NCBI GenBank assembly: GCA_004431415.1
Contig: QPMI01000400.1
Location: 1 to 64,000 of the forward strand
Length of the DNA: 64,000 nt
Reading direction: 5' to 3'
DNA from: Cyanophora paradoxa CCMP329
Lineage: Eukaryota; Plantae; Glaucophyta
Position numbers and translations under genes: made by a program. Shown here one piece after another: positions 1 to 12,242 of this stretch (within the stretch, counting starts at the first letter, position 1; every line of letters begins with the position of its first letter). The notes under the pieces were generated by a model. It made no database searches. It worked only from the letters and a program-made list of their open reading frames with translations, and was not told the origin of the DNA.

Positions 1-221
1 GATGCATCATTCCGAAATCTCGAAAAATCGATAATCGGCATCTTCAAACGCTTGTATCTCATCACCAGATCCATCAAAACGCAACGTTCTGCATATCGCT
101 GTGAAGCGCTTGAAAAGATCTACAAACAATGTGTATATCATATGCATATATGTATATCATCATACATATATTGGAAAAAACGATTTTCGCCTAGCAAACT
201 AGCTAGTTTTGGTCCTTTCTC

Positions 222-1574
222 TTATGTTCTTTGAGGTTTAGGGGCTGTATATGACTCCTTAGTAGTCTGAAAGTCACTATACCATCTCTGGCTATTCACT
301 TCTGAAAGTTTCTGTGTCCCTGCTATAGTGAGCTTTTTTGAGTTCCCTGTTAACTTTCCCAGCCTTCTCCTTTCTAGCCTCTATCAAAGGCTTATCTGGA
401 CTTCATTAGCAGTTCTATGCCTTCTCTCCTTATAGCAGCATCAACCTTGGCTTCCTCTTTGGCTTGCTCTAATGCATCCACTGTAGGTGTTTTCCAGATA
501 TCAAACTGAATTCACAGGTAACAGCTCATGGAAGCAAACCTGTTTTCTATGATCTCACCAGTGGGACTCCTTAGCTTAACTTAAAGCCTTCCCTACTATC
601 AACAGTGTAAACCATCCTAGACCAATTGTTACCCTGTTTAGCAAAGGCATTTTTCTCAACTTTCACTCTAACAAACATGCCTGGCTGCATGGTATCAAGG
701 TAAGCTATTGATTTCTTGAATCTTTTCATCTTCTAATCCCACTATATACCTATAATGCTCCTCTGTAGTTTCGCCTGGCTTCATCTTAGTAGCTGAGTGA
801 ACTGTATTATTGTAATTATACTCAATATCTCCTAACACATCAAAGAATCTAGCTGTGTTATTGGCTATGCAGTAGTTTGTGATCAATCTCTTAATCTGCT
901 TGTTAAAGGCTTCAATTCGACCTTGGCTTCTATGGTCAGCAGTTCCACTCACTTGGTGTTCTATGAATTTACTAGATAAATACTCCTGGAATATTCGATT
1001 TTGGAACTCACTCCCAGCATCTGATTGAACTTTTACTATGGTCTTGCTACTCTCATCTCAAGCTGTTTAAATGCAGCTAATGTAGTGAGAGCTGATTTAT
1101 CCCTTATAGGTATGATATACCCAGTTCTCAGTGTTGATTCCATTGCAGTCATAAATGTATCATAGCCATTGTTTTGTTTCTTATAAGCTGGGAAAAAGAG
1201 CAAATCAATCACATAGGTATCAAGGGGTTGCCTATTGACCATGGGATCTCTCTTCCTAGATATAGCAGGTGCATGATCTGAACTACCTCTTGCTTTTATA
1301 GAACTCTTGCAACTGCTTATAGGATTCATCTGGTAACTCACCCTCATAGCTTGAAGCCCTTTGTAACCAGTTCTCACATCATAGAATCTCTTGGCAATCT
1401 TACTGGTTTCTTTCACTGCAATAGCAACTGGGATCTCTACTGGGACAAGCTCTTTCATCTCAGACTTTTTAACAATTCGAGATTCCCCTTTTCTTCCTTT
1501 GGAACTGTGATGGGCAGTAGGTTACCTTGCAGTTGCTCAGTGGTTCTCCTAACTATTCTTCCAGTTGCTGGCAT
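222..1574 (-). CDS. Retroviral-like (rve, DDE) integrase, frameshifted in this assembly
   Basis: Joined ORF pieces give YVIDLL...QSDAGSEF...QGRIEAFNKQIK...YNNTVHSATKMKP, the Polinton-type DDE core; start ATG at 1574, 3' end approximate. Confidence 0.85.
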
Positions 1575-1577
1575 CTC

Positions 1578-4526
1578 TTAATTAAAAGGAACAGAATTAA
1601 TACCATCTGGTAAGATGTATCTCTTTGCATCAAAGCAGTTTAGGGCAACCCTTCTACTCACAGTATCTATTATTGTGTGATCTGCCCTTCTCTTCTGCTT
1701 TGCAGTCACAGTCTTGCTGATACCTGCAAATAAACACTCCTTAAAATCATTGAATTGGAGTTCCTCAGTGAAGTCCCAGATAGCTTACTTCTCTCAATCT
1801 CAGCTGTCTGAAACTGTAAACTTTGGCTCTCAGACCCACATACTCCAATATAGCAGAACCTGCATCTCATTTTTGTATTACCTGGGTCATTCTTGAATCA
1901 CTCCAAGTCCAAAGAATAAGCAATATTCTCTATATCTTTTGCAATGGTCTTAATTCATATATAGACAGAAGGAGTCAGTATCATGGAATAGTAACTTGGC
2001 TTTGGACCATTGGGACCTCACAGTATCATAGAAGAACTTGTAGTTATGCAGTTTGGCAGCATCCAAAACATAAGCCCCAATAGCAACTGGCTTATCTAGT
2101 TTCACATGCTTTGTGTAAAACTCAAATGCAACTGCCCTTTCACCTATGGGACTTGTTGATTTCACTAAAGGAGAGGCTGCATATTTCATAAATAGCTTCT
2201 CAGTGTTGGCAATCTTAACCACAGATCTACCTCTACATGATTCAATGCATTTCCCATAGATTGAATTATTCATGAGTTTATAGAAATCAGCCTCGAATTT
2301 ATTCACTGCTTTCCTTCTCATCTCAGTATTCAGCTCAATGTAGGGTTTCATTACAGGAGCCACAGTAAATGAGAGGACCCTGTGGACTTTACTCAATTTC
2401 ACCCCTTTGTCCAACAGATACTGTAGAAGAGGCTCAGAAATCACATAGTTTGTCACAGAACCAAAGGTTGCAGTTAGCTTAGGGTCTTATCAAGCTCTTC
2501 TCCTGAAAGATCCAACAGGCTCTTGATATTGTGATAATTCCGCATATTCTACTATTTTCTTGTTAATAATTAGGGGAAATCACTGTGGTCTAGATATAGC
2601 CTTATTGGGTATTTCCAGATCAACTTCCAGGAAACTGGATCTGTTATCTTGTGGTTGAATTCGGTCTCCCATCTAAAATCACCAACTGGAATGGCTGACT
2701 CAAACAGTAGCCATACAAGTTGTTAGCATCAAACAGCATAATGTGGATTCTCACCATCAGCCTCAGCATACCTACAAGCATTGTGCAAAGCCACCCTGAT
2801 TCCCTCTCACAAATTCGTATTGCTCTACAATCACTTATAAGCTCTATTTTTGCCTCGGTGGTCCTAAGCATAGCATCCAAGATAACCCAGGTGCAGATAC
2901 ATAATGAACTGGGTCAAGTCCATATACTGAGTGTGAAAGCCTTCTGAAGGCTTGGAATTTGTTCATTAACTCATCTACATCAGCAGCTCCAAAATCCATG
3001 AAATTGCTTGCATCAATGAACTTGTAAAGACCCCATTGCAATGAAAGGTATTGATCAAAGTTTTTCGAAAGGATTTCGATTCGCTTTTTATCACCATGCC
3101 TGCTATTTTTCTGAAAATGAATGTCCCACAGTCATCCATTTGGTCAACAACCACTGCTACTTTTGTTTGCTTGAGATTCTCCTATGGAGATTGCAGTTTC
3201 TGCATGCAGGAGCAATATAATGACCTGTGTGGTGATCATGATCCTGCATTTGAAGTTCTCTTTGGTGAACCTCTCACTGCAAAGGTAACAGTGTTTAGTA
3301 GCCTTGTAAATTGCTTTCTGCTCATCTGTGAGTTCATTCATGGAATATTGGTAAACAGGAAGTCAATTAGCTCTCTTGCTTTGGATTCCAAGCATTCAAA
3401 CAGACCTCCCATTGGATCCTGCCCCTCAAATCGAAACTCCTGAACATCTGCCCCAGTGACTATTCTTATGTTGACTGCTGAGACTTCTCTCTTGGATTTT
3501 GATGCATCAATGGGGATGCTTCTATGTTCAATCTTGCAGTATACCACAACAGGAAGCCACACAGTTTTCCTGAGGTTTTTCAGTCCAAACTCTATGGTGG
3601 TCTCAGGTTTAGGTGTGATTCCCTTTGAGAGTCTCCAATCAATGCATCTGTTTGAGTCCACATGAGCAGTGAGTTTAGCCTCAGACCTGAATCGAGATAA
3701 ACATGTATCACAGTAGTGTAACTTTTGATCCTTGGTTTTATCAAGGGCAACTCTGAGAAGTCTTGAAAGGGACATGATTGTAATATAGTGACCATTCCCT
3801 TCATCATCATGAATGAGCATGAGATTAACCTTTTGCTTTCTACCTGGGTTACTGGATTGATGTAGGGGATATATAACATCTCGATCCATTCCAAATATGT
3901 TTATGCTGATGCCTGCATTTTGAGATTCGAATTTATCAATGATAGCAGCCACCAGTTGGAGCATAACTCATAATAGCCACTCTGAGCATTTCGATTCTCT
4001 CAAGTCGATAGCTATCAACAACATTCATCTGTTCCTGACACATTTGGGCTGCTTTATTCAGCTCAGTTCGAATATTTCTCGATTTGGTTAATACAAAATA
4101 ATCACTGTAAATGTATTTCGATATCCAAACCTGTGGATTGCTGACTTTAACGAACTTGCAGATAAAAGATAAGCGAACTTTGATTGCCCTGAATTGATAT
4201 AGACTGTCTCTTAAACGTTTTGGAAGAGAGGTTGCAATTCTATCTAAATATTCAATCACATCTACCACAACTTCCCTTCTGGCTCTGTATGTGAGCCAGC
4301 GATATAATTCATTCATGGCTGTTCCATCTTCTGCCTCTGGTTCTATTTGCCTCAGGCGATCGAGTTCATCAAGAGTCTCAACTTTGTCATAGAGGTTATT
4401 GGCTTTTCTGGTTAATTTTGCTAAAGTGGGTCTGCCCCTTGAAATAAATCCGATTTCCCGGTCATATTCAGCCTCTGTGATTTCATGGCTGCATACAGTG
4501 TTCCCAGTAATCCCATGAGTTCCCAT
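1578..4526 (-). CDS. Protein-primed family B DNA polymerase (pPolB), multiple frameshifts
   Basis: Fragments carry FDANNLYG (motif A), KLMNNSIYGK (motif B), HDTDS (motif C), YGLDPVHYVSAPGLSW, CYLC Zn-finger insert, and C-terminal VALNCFDAKRYILPDGINSVPFN*. Confidence 0.88.
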
Positions 4527-4597
4527 TTCTTCTCTCTAATGAGTCTGTTGCTAATTCGGGCATAGTTCCTAACTTGTTCCTACTCTCAATAAATATT

Positions 4598-4915
4598 TTA
4601 TTCTGAGATGTTCTGAACGCGATTTTCTAGTTTCTTTCGCAATTTGGCTTTGTAATGCATTGGATTATGTGATCCATTTTTTGTCCATATATTTGGGTTT
4701 TTTTGATACTGTTTATATGCCTGAATTAAGTTTTTCTCTGTTTGTAATCGCATACAATCAATTTCCTTGGAAGAAAGCTGTGACATTTGATATCCATCAC
4801 ATTTGCTTTGGCATTTGATGATTTTGTCTATAAGAGCTGGTATATCCTTCAAATCATCTTTTTCGAAATGTTTGTTTTCAATCATTGAACTCATTCTGGT
4901 AGTCCAGTTTGCCAT
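4598..4915 (-). CDS. Hypothetical viral protein
   Basis: 105-aa ATG ORF with AT-rich upstream region; no recognisable motif. Confidence 0.5.
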   Translation of the reverse strand: MANWTTRMSSMIENKHFEKDDLKDIPALIDKIIKCQSKCDGYQMSQLSSKEIDCMRLQTEKNLIQAYKQYQKNPNIWTKNGSHNPMHYKAKLRKKLENRVQNISE

Positions 4916-4956
4916 TTTGTACTGTTTACTATTATAAGAATGTATTTGTTTTAAAT

Positions 4957-5119
4957 CCTCAGGCAGAATTCGATTGTCAGGCAGCTGATTCAGCTAACAT
5001 TAAGAAACTCTGTCACTTTTTGCAAGTCAGTGTTCGCAAAAACAATGAAACCATGAACTTATAAAAGTTAAATAGAAAGGTGCCTGACAGTGCCTGACAG
5101 TGCCTGACAGTGCCTGACA
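4957..5119 (-). repeat. Iteron module copy 1 (4x TGCCTGACA at 10-bp spacing, plus 2 opposed copies)
   Basis: TGCCTGACA at 5081, 5091, 5101, 5111; TGTCAGGCA at 4975 and a degenerate copy at 4957. Confidence 0.85.
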
Positions 5120-5125
5120 AGCTCT

Positions 5126-7519
5126 TTAACAATCATCATCATCCTCATCAATAAACTCTCTTGTATTTTCCGAAATCAGTTTTACACACTTGTAACCTCT
5201 ATCATATACTTTTGAAGTCGCTTTTCTTACTGCATATTTGTCATATTTGGCTCCCAACATCTCCATTACTCTCTTTACCCTGCTTGCAGACATATTTAGT
5301 TTCAAAGCTTTTAACTCCTCATCTACAGTTTTGCTTGACAGAGAATCAGAATGATTTCCTGTAAACTCAAATCTGCTTTTAAGTATTTGAATTTCATCAC
5401 CTGCATCCTCCCTGAAAGCAGCAGTATCATTTGCCACCTTGCCACATATCTGGACTTTGTGGGATTTGTATGCTTGGAATACTGACCATTGGAAAGCATG
5501 AATGATTTCAGGGCGTTTAAGCAGATCACTTTTAATATCTTCAGAAGCCAATCTATAGCATGGGAGCTTCATTTCATCCATTGTTTTCTGATCCACAAAC
5601 TTGTGGGGATGCTGAAAGAAAACAAGAGTCTCAAGTGTATCAGATGGAGAAACAGGGGGCATATCATTCATGATCATCCAGAGTCTACTTTGGAGTCTTA
5701 TATTTTGCTCATTTCCATAGAGAATTCGAATGCATTGAATATCACCACCAGATTCTTTCTTTTTTATCATATTTCCATTTATCTTGATACTTGGATTTGA
5801 TACATCAAACTTCATTTCTTGGGTAAATGTTAAACGGCGAAATTCACATGGTTTCATCCATTTAAGCTTTTTAGCCTCATCAGAATCTGAATGTTTGTCC
5901 ATTAGAAAGGATTCTCCACCAATAGTGTTAACATACCCACTGCCCCAAGTGTTCTCATTAAGATTGACATAAACTCCTTTTCCACAATTGCGCTCCCCTG
6001 ATGATAGTCCCCATTGTTTATCCTCTACTTTGCCTGCCATTGCTCTTGCTGTAAATTCGAGAGCAGTATTAATTGCATCTGCTCCAAACACAGGTTCAAG
6101 TATGTTTTCGTAGAGGATTTTTATATGCTCTTCTGACGGCTTGACTACATATCCTTGATCATCTACAAGTAAATCTCTTTCAATTCGAGTAGTGGAATAT
6201 ACGTTTTGACACTCTGCCCAAGGAGTAAGCTTTTTGGTTTCGAAATCATACACACCATTTTTATAACACAATTTTCCAAGAGATGAAGACCAAAGGACAT
6301 TATTCACAAACTCACTATCATTTGGCAGAAGAGCTTTTGTAGCTTTGATAACTTTTTGAGCGCCTGTTATATTTGCGGTATACTCTGTTAGACCTGTTAG
6401 ACCCTCATGATATATCTTTGCTTGGAGGCATTTTTTTAGGAACACATTTTCCACTTGATTGGCTTCCTCAGTCCAAAGGTTCTCATCTGTTTTGACAAAT
6501 ATACGTCCATTGGATTGCTTGACATCATTTTTGATATCTTCAGCAAACAGAGTAGCAGCCTCATAATCTGTAGAGCAAATTCGAAAATCGTTTGCTTTCA
6601 GAGTAGCAGCATCTGGAAGCTCGAAACCCTGATCCATAGGTTTAACAACTAAGCCTAACTTGTATCCTGTGGACTGCTGGATATAGTTCTCTGCATCTTT
6701 AAGAATATCAGAAAGTTTCTCCAGTGATAGATTAGGTGACTTTTCAATCATGCAGCCATCAAATACAAGAACACCAACAGTGAGCTTAATTGAAGTTAAA
6801 TACTCACACAAAGCCATAAGAGCAATATTCTCAATCTGACAAAGAACCATGTTAACAGTAGAACCTAACACATTGTAGCCCTTCTTTCGCTTGCAAATAG
6901 CAAGGAAGTTAGTATTTTCTTTTAATTCAGCAATAGAAGCATGAATACCACCGATTTCTTGTTTAACCTTTTTAAAAGCCATTTCTTTGTGTAAATCGGG
7001 ACACTCAATGCCTCCTCCTCCGTTTATCACAGATAAGAAGGCACACTTAATTTCTTCACGAGTAAGATCACACTTTTTGCTTAAATCACTAACGATTTTA
7101 TCTCGATTGGCAACAAACTCAGCAAGGAAATCACAATTAATGTCATTTTTTTGGCAATACTGGACAAGTATCGATGGATGAGCATTTTTCATATCAATAT
7201 CATAATACAAATCCCTTGCTAAGGTGTGTCTAAATTCCCGAGGCATACTCTGCATGCTTGCTTTTTTGTTTTTGATGTGTGAGAGAGTAGTGAAATATCT
7301 TCCAGTATGGTGTTTGCATTGATAGTATTTAACTTGAATGGTCCCATTTGAATGCAAGTCCTTCATATATTTCTTGAGGAGAGTCAAAGTAGCAGTAGAA
7401 TCCACATCTGGTCTATAACTCAAACCCTCGAAATTATCGATTAAATACTTAAGAGTAGAGCGAGATACTTTTTCAATAAGAGTGATATCGAGATTGTTGG
7501 GTTTCTTTGAGCTAAACAT
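5126..7519 (-). CDS. TVpol (PolA-related primase-polymerase) fused to D5-like SF3 helicase
   Basis: Intact 797 aa; GRYF, YDIDMKNAHPSIL (motif A), LVFDGCM (motif C); Walker A GERNCGKG, Walker B LTFTQE, motif C MIMN. Confidence 0.85.
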   Translation of the reverse strand: MFSSKKPNNLDITLIEKVSRSTLKYLIDNFEGLSYRPDVDSTATLTLLKKYMKDLHSNGTIQVKYYQCKHHTGRYFTTLSHIKNKKASMQSMPREFRHTLARDLYYDIDMKNAHPSILVQYCQKNDINCDFLAEFVANRDKIVSDLSKKCDLTREEIKCAFLSVINGGGGIECPDLHKEMAFKKVKQEIGGIHASIAELKENTNFLAICKRKKGYNVLGSTVNMVLCQIENIALMALCEYLTSIKLTVGVLVFDGCMIEKSPNLSLEKLSDILKDAENYIQQSTGYKLGLVVKPMDQGFELPDAATLKANDFRICSTDYEAATLFAEDIKNDVKQSNGRIFVKTDENLWTEEANQVENVFLKKCLQAKIYHEGLTGLTEYTANITGAQKVIKATKALLPNDSEFVNNVLWSSSLGKLCYKNGVYDFETKKLTPWAECQNVYSTTRIERDLLVDDQGYVVKPSEEHIKILYENILEPVFGADAINTALEFTARAMAGKVEDKQWGLSSGERNCGKGVYVNLNENTWGSGYVNTIGGESFLMDKHSDSDEAKKLKWMKPCEFRRLTFTQEMKFDVSNPSIKINGNMIKKKESGGDIQCIRILYGNEQNIRLQSRLWMIMNDMPPVSPSDTLETLVFFQHPHKFVDQKTMDEMKLPCYRLASEDIKSDLLKRPEIIHAFQWSVFQAYKSHKVQICGKVANDTAAFREDAGDEIQILKSRFEFTGNHSDSLSSKTVDEELKALKLNMSASRVKRVMEMLGAKYDKYAVRKATSKVYDRGYKCVKLISENTREFIDEDDDDC

Positions 7520-7694
7520 TTTTCTTGAACGTTTCTATATTAAGCAGATAAAATATTTTATCTGAAAATCCTTGTCATTTTTTGTTGTCAAACCTTTAAG
7601 TCCTTTTGGGTTGACTTCGAATTATATCGATAATTGGTAGTAGTGTATCAGTTTTGTTTATGAATTCCCCATAGAAAAATAATGAACCGGCATA

Positions 7695-7925
7695 TCAGTA
7701 TTTCCGAGGACGACCTACAGGTCGACCTTCAGGGAAATTCGGGTCCATTGTGAGTTGCTTTTTATAGTAGTAATAGGCTAATGCCCTGTTGCGGCGAATT
7801 TCACGATATTCCGCATCCTCTTCATATCTTTTATTATAATAAATTTGGTTTGAGATCTTTTTCTTCATTGCAGAAGAGATCTTTTCAAAACTTTTGCTAT
7901 CAGTTACAGTTTGATCAGTATCCAT
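7695..7925 (-). CDS. Small basic protein with C-terminal AT-hook-like motif
   Basis: RYEEDAEYREIRRNRALAYYY...GRPVGRPRKY; paralog of 8691-8936. Confidence 0.65.
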   Translation of the reverse strand: MDTDQTVTDSKSFEKISSAMKKKISNQIYYNKRYEEDAEYREIRRNRALAYYYYKKQLTMDPNFPEGRPVGRPRKY

Positions 7926-8056
7926 TTGGGTATCTCTTAACTATAACCGAGAAAAATGTTTTGTCAGAAAACAATATGCTTGATTTCCTTAAGTAGTTTA
8001 TGAGTTGTCATTTTTTGGTAACAGAGATAATTCCTATACTGTTACCATTAATGGTT

Positions 8057-8240
8057 TGTCAGGCACTTACAATTTATTGTCAGGCACTATTATGGTATAT
8101 CAGGCATTGTCAGGCACCTTTTTAGAAAACTTTTCTATAATACAAATTTCATTGTTGATCCAAGCAATGACATTGAGAATTTTGAAACGTTTGTGAAACT
8201 CGATGTGTTTTCTGCCTGACAAACGTTTTTCTGCCTGACA
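8057..8240 (+). repeat. Iteron module copy 2
   Basis: TGTCAGGCA at 8057, 8078, 8098 (TATCAGGCA), 8108; opposed TGCCTGACA at 8213, 8232. Confidence 0.85.
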
Positions 8241-8313
8241 ACCTTTCGTCAACAAAAAATGATTGTATAAACTGACTTAAAGATTTATCAGATATATTAA
8301 TAAGAGAACAACA

Positions 8314-8613
8314 ATGGCTGCTCAAATTGCCAAAGGAATTCTAGCCGAAAAGATTGAAAAAGATATCCTCTGGAAAGATCATAAAGGATTAGTTGATGCT
8401 ATTGTAGAGAGTGGTCTCCACTCGACAGGAATAAACATTGGTCAGGCTGATAATAAGCGAAACAAGGAATTTCGACAGAAAGTAGAGAGAGATGTATTGG
8501 GCATGATAATTGACCCAAACTACCTCTCCACAATTAACAAAAAAACTCATTCAAACACTGCCACAAGAAAACGACTCTATAACAAATTAATGAGTCGTTC
8601 TACTTCCTCTTAA
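8314..8613 (+). CDS. Hypothetical viral protein
   Basis: 99-aa ATG ORF preceded by ATATATTAATAAGAG. Confidence 0.55.
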   Translation: MAAQIAKGILAEKIEKDILWKDHKGLVDAIVESGLHSTGINIGQADNKRNKEFRQKVERDVLGMIIDPNYLSTINKKTHSNTATRKRLYNKLMSRSTSS

Positions 8614-8690
8614 AGTATAAAGCCAATTCCTTTGTATATATTTTTATAGCTGCCTCAGTGGCATACTGAGACCGCTTTTTCTCAATTATC

Positions 8691-8936
8691 TTATAGACCT
8701 GGGGGTCCATTGCTACTTTCAGTAGGCAAATAATATTTAATCGGTCTCCCTCTTGGTCTCTGCTCCTCTTTTTGGGCTTTTCTGCGATAATAGGATGCCA
8801 GGGCTTGCTGCTTTTTATACTCTCTATATGCTGGGTCCTCTCTATATCGTTTCTGCATTGCTAGAATGTGTCTAATAGAACCCTCAGTAACAGGTTCATC
8901 ACTGGTAAACTCGATTAAACTAATAGTGTCCTCCAT
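8691..8936 (-). CDS. Small basic protein with AT-hook-like motif
   Basis: RYREDPAYREYKKQQALASYYRRK...RPRGRPIKY. Confidence 0.65.
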   Translation of the reverse strand: MEDTISLIEFTSDEPVTEGSIRHILAMQKRYREDPAYREYKKQQALASYYRRKAQKEEQRPRGRPIKYYLPTESSNGPPGL

Positions 8937-9201
8937 TTATATTCCCAGAGAAAACGTTTTCTGCTGGCAGAGAACTTCTCCTTGGATACTCCTGTTGCTC
9001 CTGTTGCTCATATGTATACTCTGTGGGGTCTGCTGGCATTGACTCCACAGATACTGTTGATCTCCTTCTTTCTCTTGCTTCTGAGGCATTATCCTCATTA
9101 TCTGACATCTCAAACTCCACTGTTGTCTCACAACATCCACTGTGGCAATTGCTCACCACATGCAGACTGAACATCTCGAAGAACTTTCGTATTATGTCCA
9201 T
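8920..9201 (-). CDS. Small protein with SNCHSGCC motif
   Basis: 93-aa ORF; amphipathic N-terminus followed by a Cys cluster. Confidence 0.5.
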   Translation of the reverse strand: MDIIRKFFEMFSLHVVSNCHSGCCETTVEFEMSDNEDNASEARERRRSTVSVESMPADPTEYTYEQQEQQEYPRRSSLPAENVFSGNINGGHY

Positions 9202-9223
9202 ATCTCTAATAAAACAGAGATAA

Positions 9224-9520
9224 TTAAAGCCAAACTCGTCTTTTATATACTGCTGGGGCTACTCCCTTTTCTACTTCAGCTTTGGTGGCACCAGGTTCAA
9301 TGGTTCCCTTTTGGGTCTTTGTTTTCATTTCATCTACTGCCTGCTCATCGATTTGGTTCTCTTTCTTAGCAATAAACTGTTTATCTGGGACACCAGTGAT
9401 TCCCATTTTATAAACTTCCTTTCGAAGCATCTCCTTTAGCTTGGCTCTCTCTTTCTTCTCAGTAACATACTGCTCCAAAGCACTGGATTTGGCTTCCAGA
9501 TCTTTGAGTTTAGCAGTCAT
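9224..9520 (-). CDS. Hypothetical Lys/Glu-rich viral protein
   Basis: 98-aa ORF overlapping the upstream stop (ATGA). Confidence 0.55.
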   Translation of the reverse strand: MTAKLKDLEAKSSALEQYVTEKKERAKLKEMLRKEVYKMGITGVPDKQFIAKKENQIDEQAVDEMKTKTQKGTIEPGATKAEVEKGVAPAVYKRRVWL

Positions 9521-9956
9521 CTCATCCCATTGAGCCTTGGGAATTCGATGAATATTTGAGTGGGAGCAGTCTTATATGTGACTTCACCAGCCATAGACTG
9601 GATTACTTTGTCTGATTCCTTACTAAGACCTTCACCTTTGCGAGCCAATGACAGATCTTGCAAGCCTAAACCTTTATCATCAGCAGCACCAATAATTCGC
9701 CTGGCACCCTCAGCAACAGACTTCATCTTTGAGGCTTCTGGTGAGATGTTGAGTTGGTCAGCAGTTGAACTTTGTGGGGCTTTGTCATCGACTGATTCCT
9801 CATAGGCAGCATTTAGGGGTCTTCTTGGGTTGTGAGGGTTTGATTTCGTTCATACCATTGAATTTCATTGGTTCAGTGTTAATAGATCCATTGTTTCCAC
9901 CACCTGAATAGCCAACAGCCCCAGCTGGGATCCCTATTTTTCGTTTGGGAGGCATT
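9517..9956 (-). CDS. Hypothetical (possible core) protein, one frameshift
   Basis: MPPKRKIGIPAGAVGYSGGG... start joins the 9517-9726 frame via a frameshift near 9815. Confidence 0.45.
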
Positions 9957-9983
9957 GTATCTTTATTAGAATGAGAGATAATT

Positions 9984-10765
9984 TTATAAACCGCGTTTAT
10001 ATCGCATCAATTTATTGCTATGGACTTGGCTTTTCACTTCTTTTGGGGCTTCCTCTTTCTCTGGTGGTTTCAGTTCATCTTCTTTCTTTTTTGGCTTTCT
10101 GTGGAAGCGAGGAAATGGGAAGTCTTTGACAAGCTCAGCTTTATCTACAAAGTATTTAACAGAGTAGCCAGCAGAGGACCAAACGATATACTGATAGGAG
10201 TGGACATACTCTTCAAACATTTTGTAAAAGTCCTCCTTGTTTCGCATTATATTGTATTCTTCCTCTATGGCTTCAAGTTCTTTGCGATTAGCAGCACTCA
10301 GGAAAACAGCATAATCAGAATTAACTCGAATAGTCGAAGAGACTTTTCTTAGCTTTTGTGTGATGCAGATAATGGATATTTTCGAGTGTCTGCCCCTACT
10401 GTACAGAGATGACACCACCTTGTCTCTGGTTAAATCAATTATCTCATTATCAATTAAATCATCTAAAACAACACACATGTGGTTCACAGGTTCACCTTTT
10501 TCGATTTTCTCCTGCCTTTCATCCAAAAGCTTTGAAATGTAACCAGCATCCCATTTACCAAGTTCTACTGTTGCAACCTCTCTCCAGAAATGATTAAAGC
10601 TGGTCCCACTCACAACTAGGACAACATCAATAACTTTGGCATCATGTAATTGCTTTAACCAATACTTTACACATTCGCTTTTTCCCGTACAACTTTTGCC
10701 TATAAAATGGCTCTGAAAACACCTTTTATCATTTCAGAAACATTAAACTCTTCTAAATCTTGCAT
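9984..10765 (-). CDS. A32/FtsK-HerA family DNA packaging ATPase
   Basis: Walker A IGKSCTGKS upstream in frame, Walker B VVLDD, SRGRHSKISIICITQ, IRVNSDY; start MQDLEEF needs +1 T near 10705. Confidence 0.9.
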
Positions 10766-10824
10766 TGTTGTAGATCTTCCTAAATAAAGACAGATAAAAA
10801 TAATGCAGGGAGACTGAATATGGT

Positions 10825-12189
10825 CTATAAATTGATTCTACGAACACCTGAACCGTCTATAATGAGGAAACTATGCATTAAGCGCGAACTTGAACATTGA
10901 TTGTCTTATCTGTGGGCATGTAGAGTGTGAGGAATGAAGATGAGGAATTTGTCAGGTCAACAAATCCACTTTGAGCAATATTTCGAATCGCCTTCTCTCC
11001 ATCAATGCAGAAACTTAAACCTGAAAGGACATATTTATCTGCAACCTTATCCATGTTAGAGCATTTGAATGCATCAGCAATTAGCTCAGCACCTTTGAGT
11101 AGGGAAATTGGCTCAGTGGCATAAAGTCGTTGTCCATTAATTTCAACAGTGAAAGTAATATCTTTGGAGTTGGCATAGGTCTTAAGAACACTGTGGGAGC
11201 CATTGGATTTGTCAACAGTCTCATAATCACGAACTGAAACAAGCAGAGCATAGACAAGACCTGAGATTTGAGAGAGGTTAATTCGATTGGGCTGGGCATT
11301 GCCCTTGGCAGGGAAAGCAATGGCATCTACAAATCCAATATCAAGGGAGGGAATAGCCATGCCAGTAGTCTTTACTTTTTCAATTACAGTAGCGAAAAGC
11401 TCATCAGAAACATTAATAGCATGCATGTAAAGGCGAGGAGAAGTAATTGAAATAGCAGGGGTTGTTGCACCAAGACTGAAAGTGGTGATGTTTTGACCAA
11501 CATGGGCAAGTGTAGCATTAGCAGTATCACCAAGACCATCATCTTCTGTCTTATCAGCAGCTGTCCCACCAACAACAGGGAGAGAGCGACCACCATAGGA
11601 AGTTTCAACATAACCCTTTCCAGCATCCTTAAACCAAACAGTAACAACCATTTCACCAGATAAAGCACCAAGGGAAGATAGTGATTTAGCCAAGGCACTG
11701 GGATTTCAACGAAAAATGAGCCACCAAGTCGGTTGGTTCCATGAGCAGGGATTCCATGAACCATGCCCATTGAGCGTTTCTTTTTAGCTAGTTGATCCTC
11801 CGAATAATAGACCAGGGGAAATGAGCAAGGAAATCAGAAGGAATGTGGTAGGTGTAAGATCCATAGGTAATTTCAAGTCGCTGAACTAAAGCACCAACTG
11901 GGCGAGTGTATCCATTGCGAACTAGATCTTCACCAGCAAAAGTGATTTCTGGTAGGTCGAAAGCAAGTTCGAGTTTTCCACAGAAATTGTAGCGAGGTAG
12001 CTTGAAGGAAATGCGATTTCCAACATTATTCTCAAAAGTATTGCTGGGATTCACAACAACTAGAACTGGCTTAGACTTGGATTCGAGTCCAAGCATAAGG
12101 GAGTTATCCAGGAAAAAGGCTTTCGCCTCCTCTGGGGTTGTTAGGGCTTCTTTCAGCGAAAGTCTTTGAAGAGTGGAAGTGATATCCAT
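10825..12189 (-). CDS. Double-jelly-roll major capsid protein (frameshifted), ~455 aa
   Basis: N-terminal GNRISFKLPRYNFCGKLELAFDLP, FFVEIP strand, beta-rich body; size and position between ATPase and penton; repaired C-terminus VRALMHSFLIIDGSGVRRINL*. Confidence 0.75.
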
Positions 12190-12242
12190 GATTATCTCTT
12201 TTATTATACTGCAACATAAAAAATCTACCAATGATCCTTAAT

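Noticed and set aside
1-220. Possible left terminal inverted repeat
   Set aside because: No match by eye to the reverse complement of 25140-26312; the element continues leftwards
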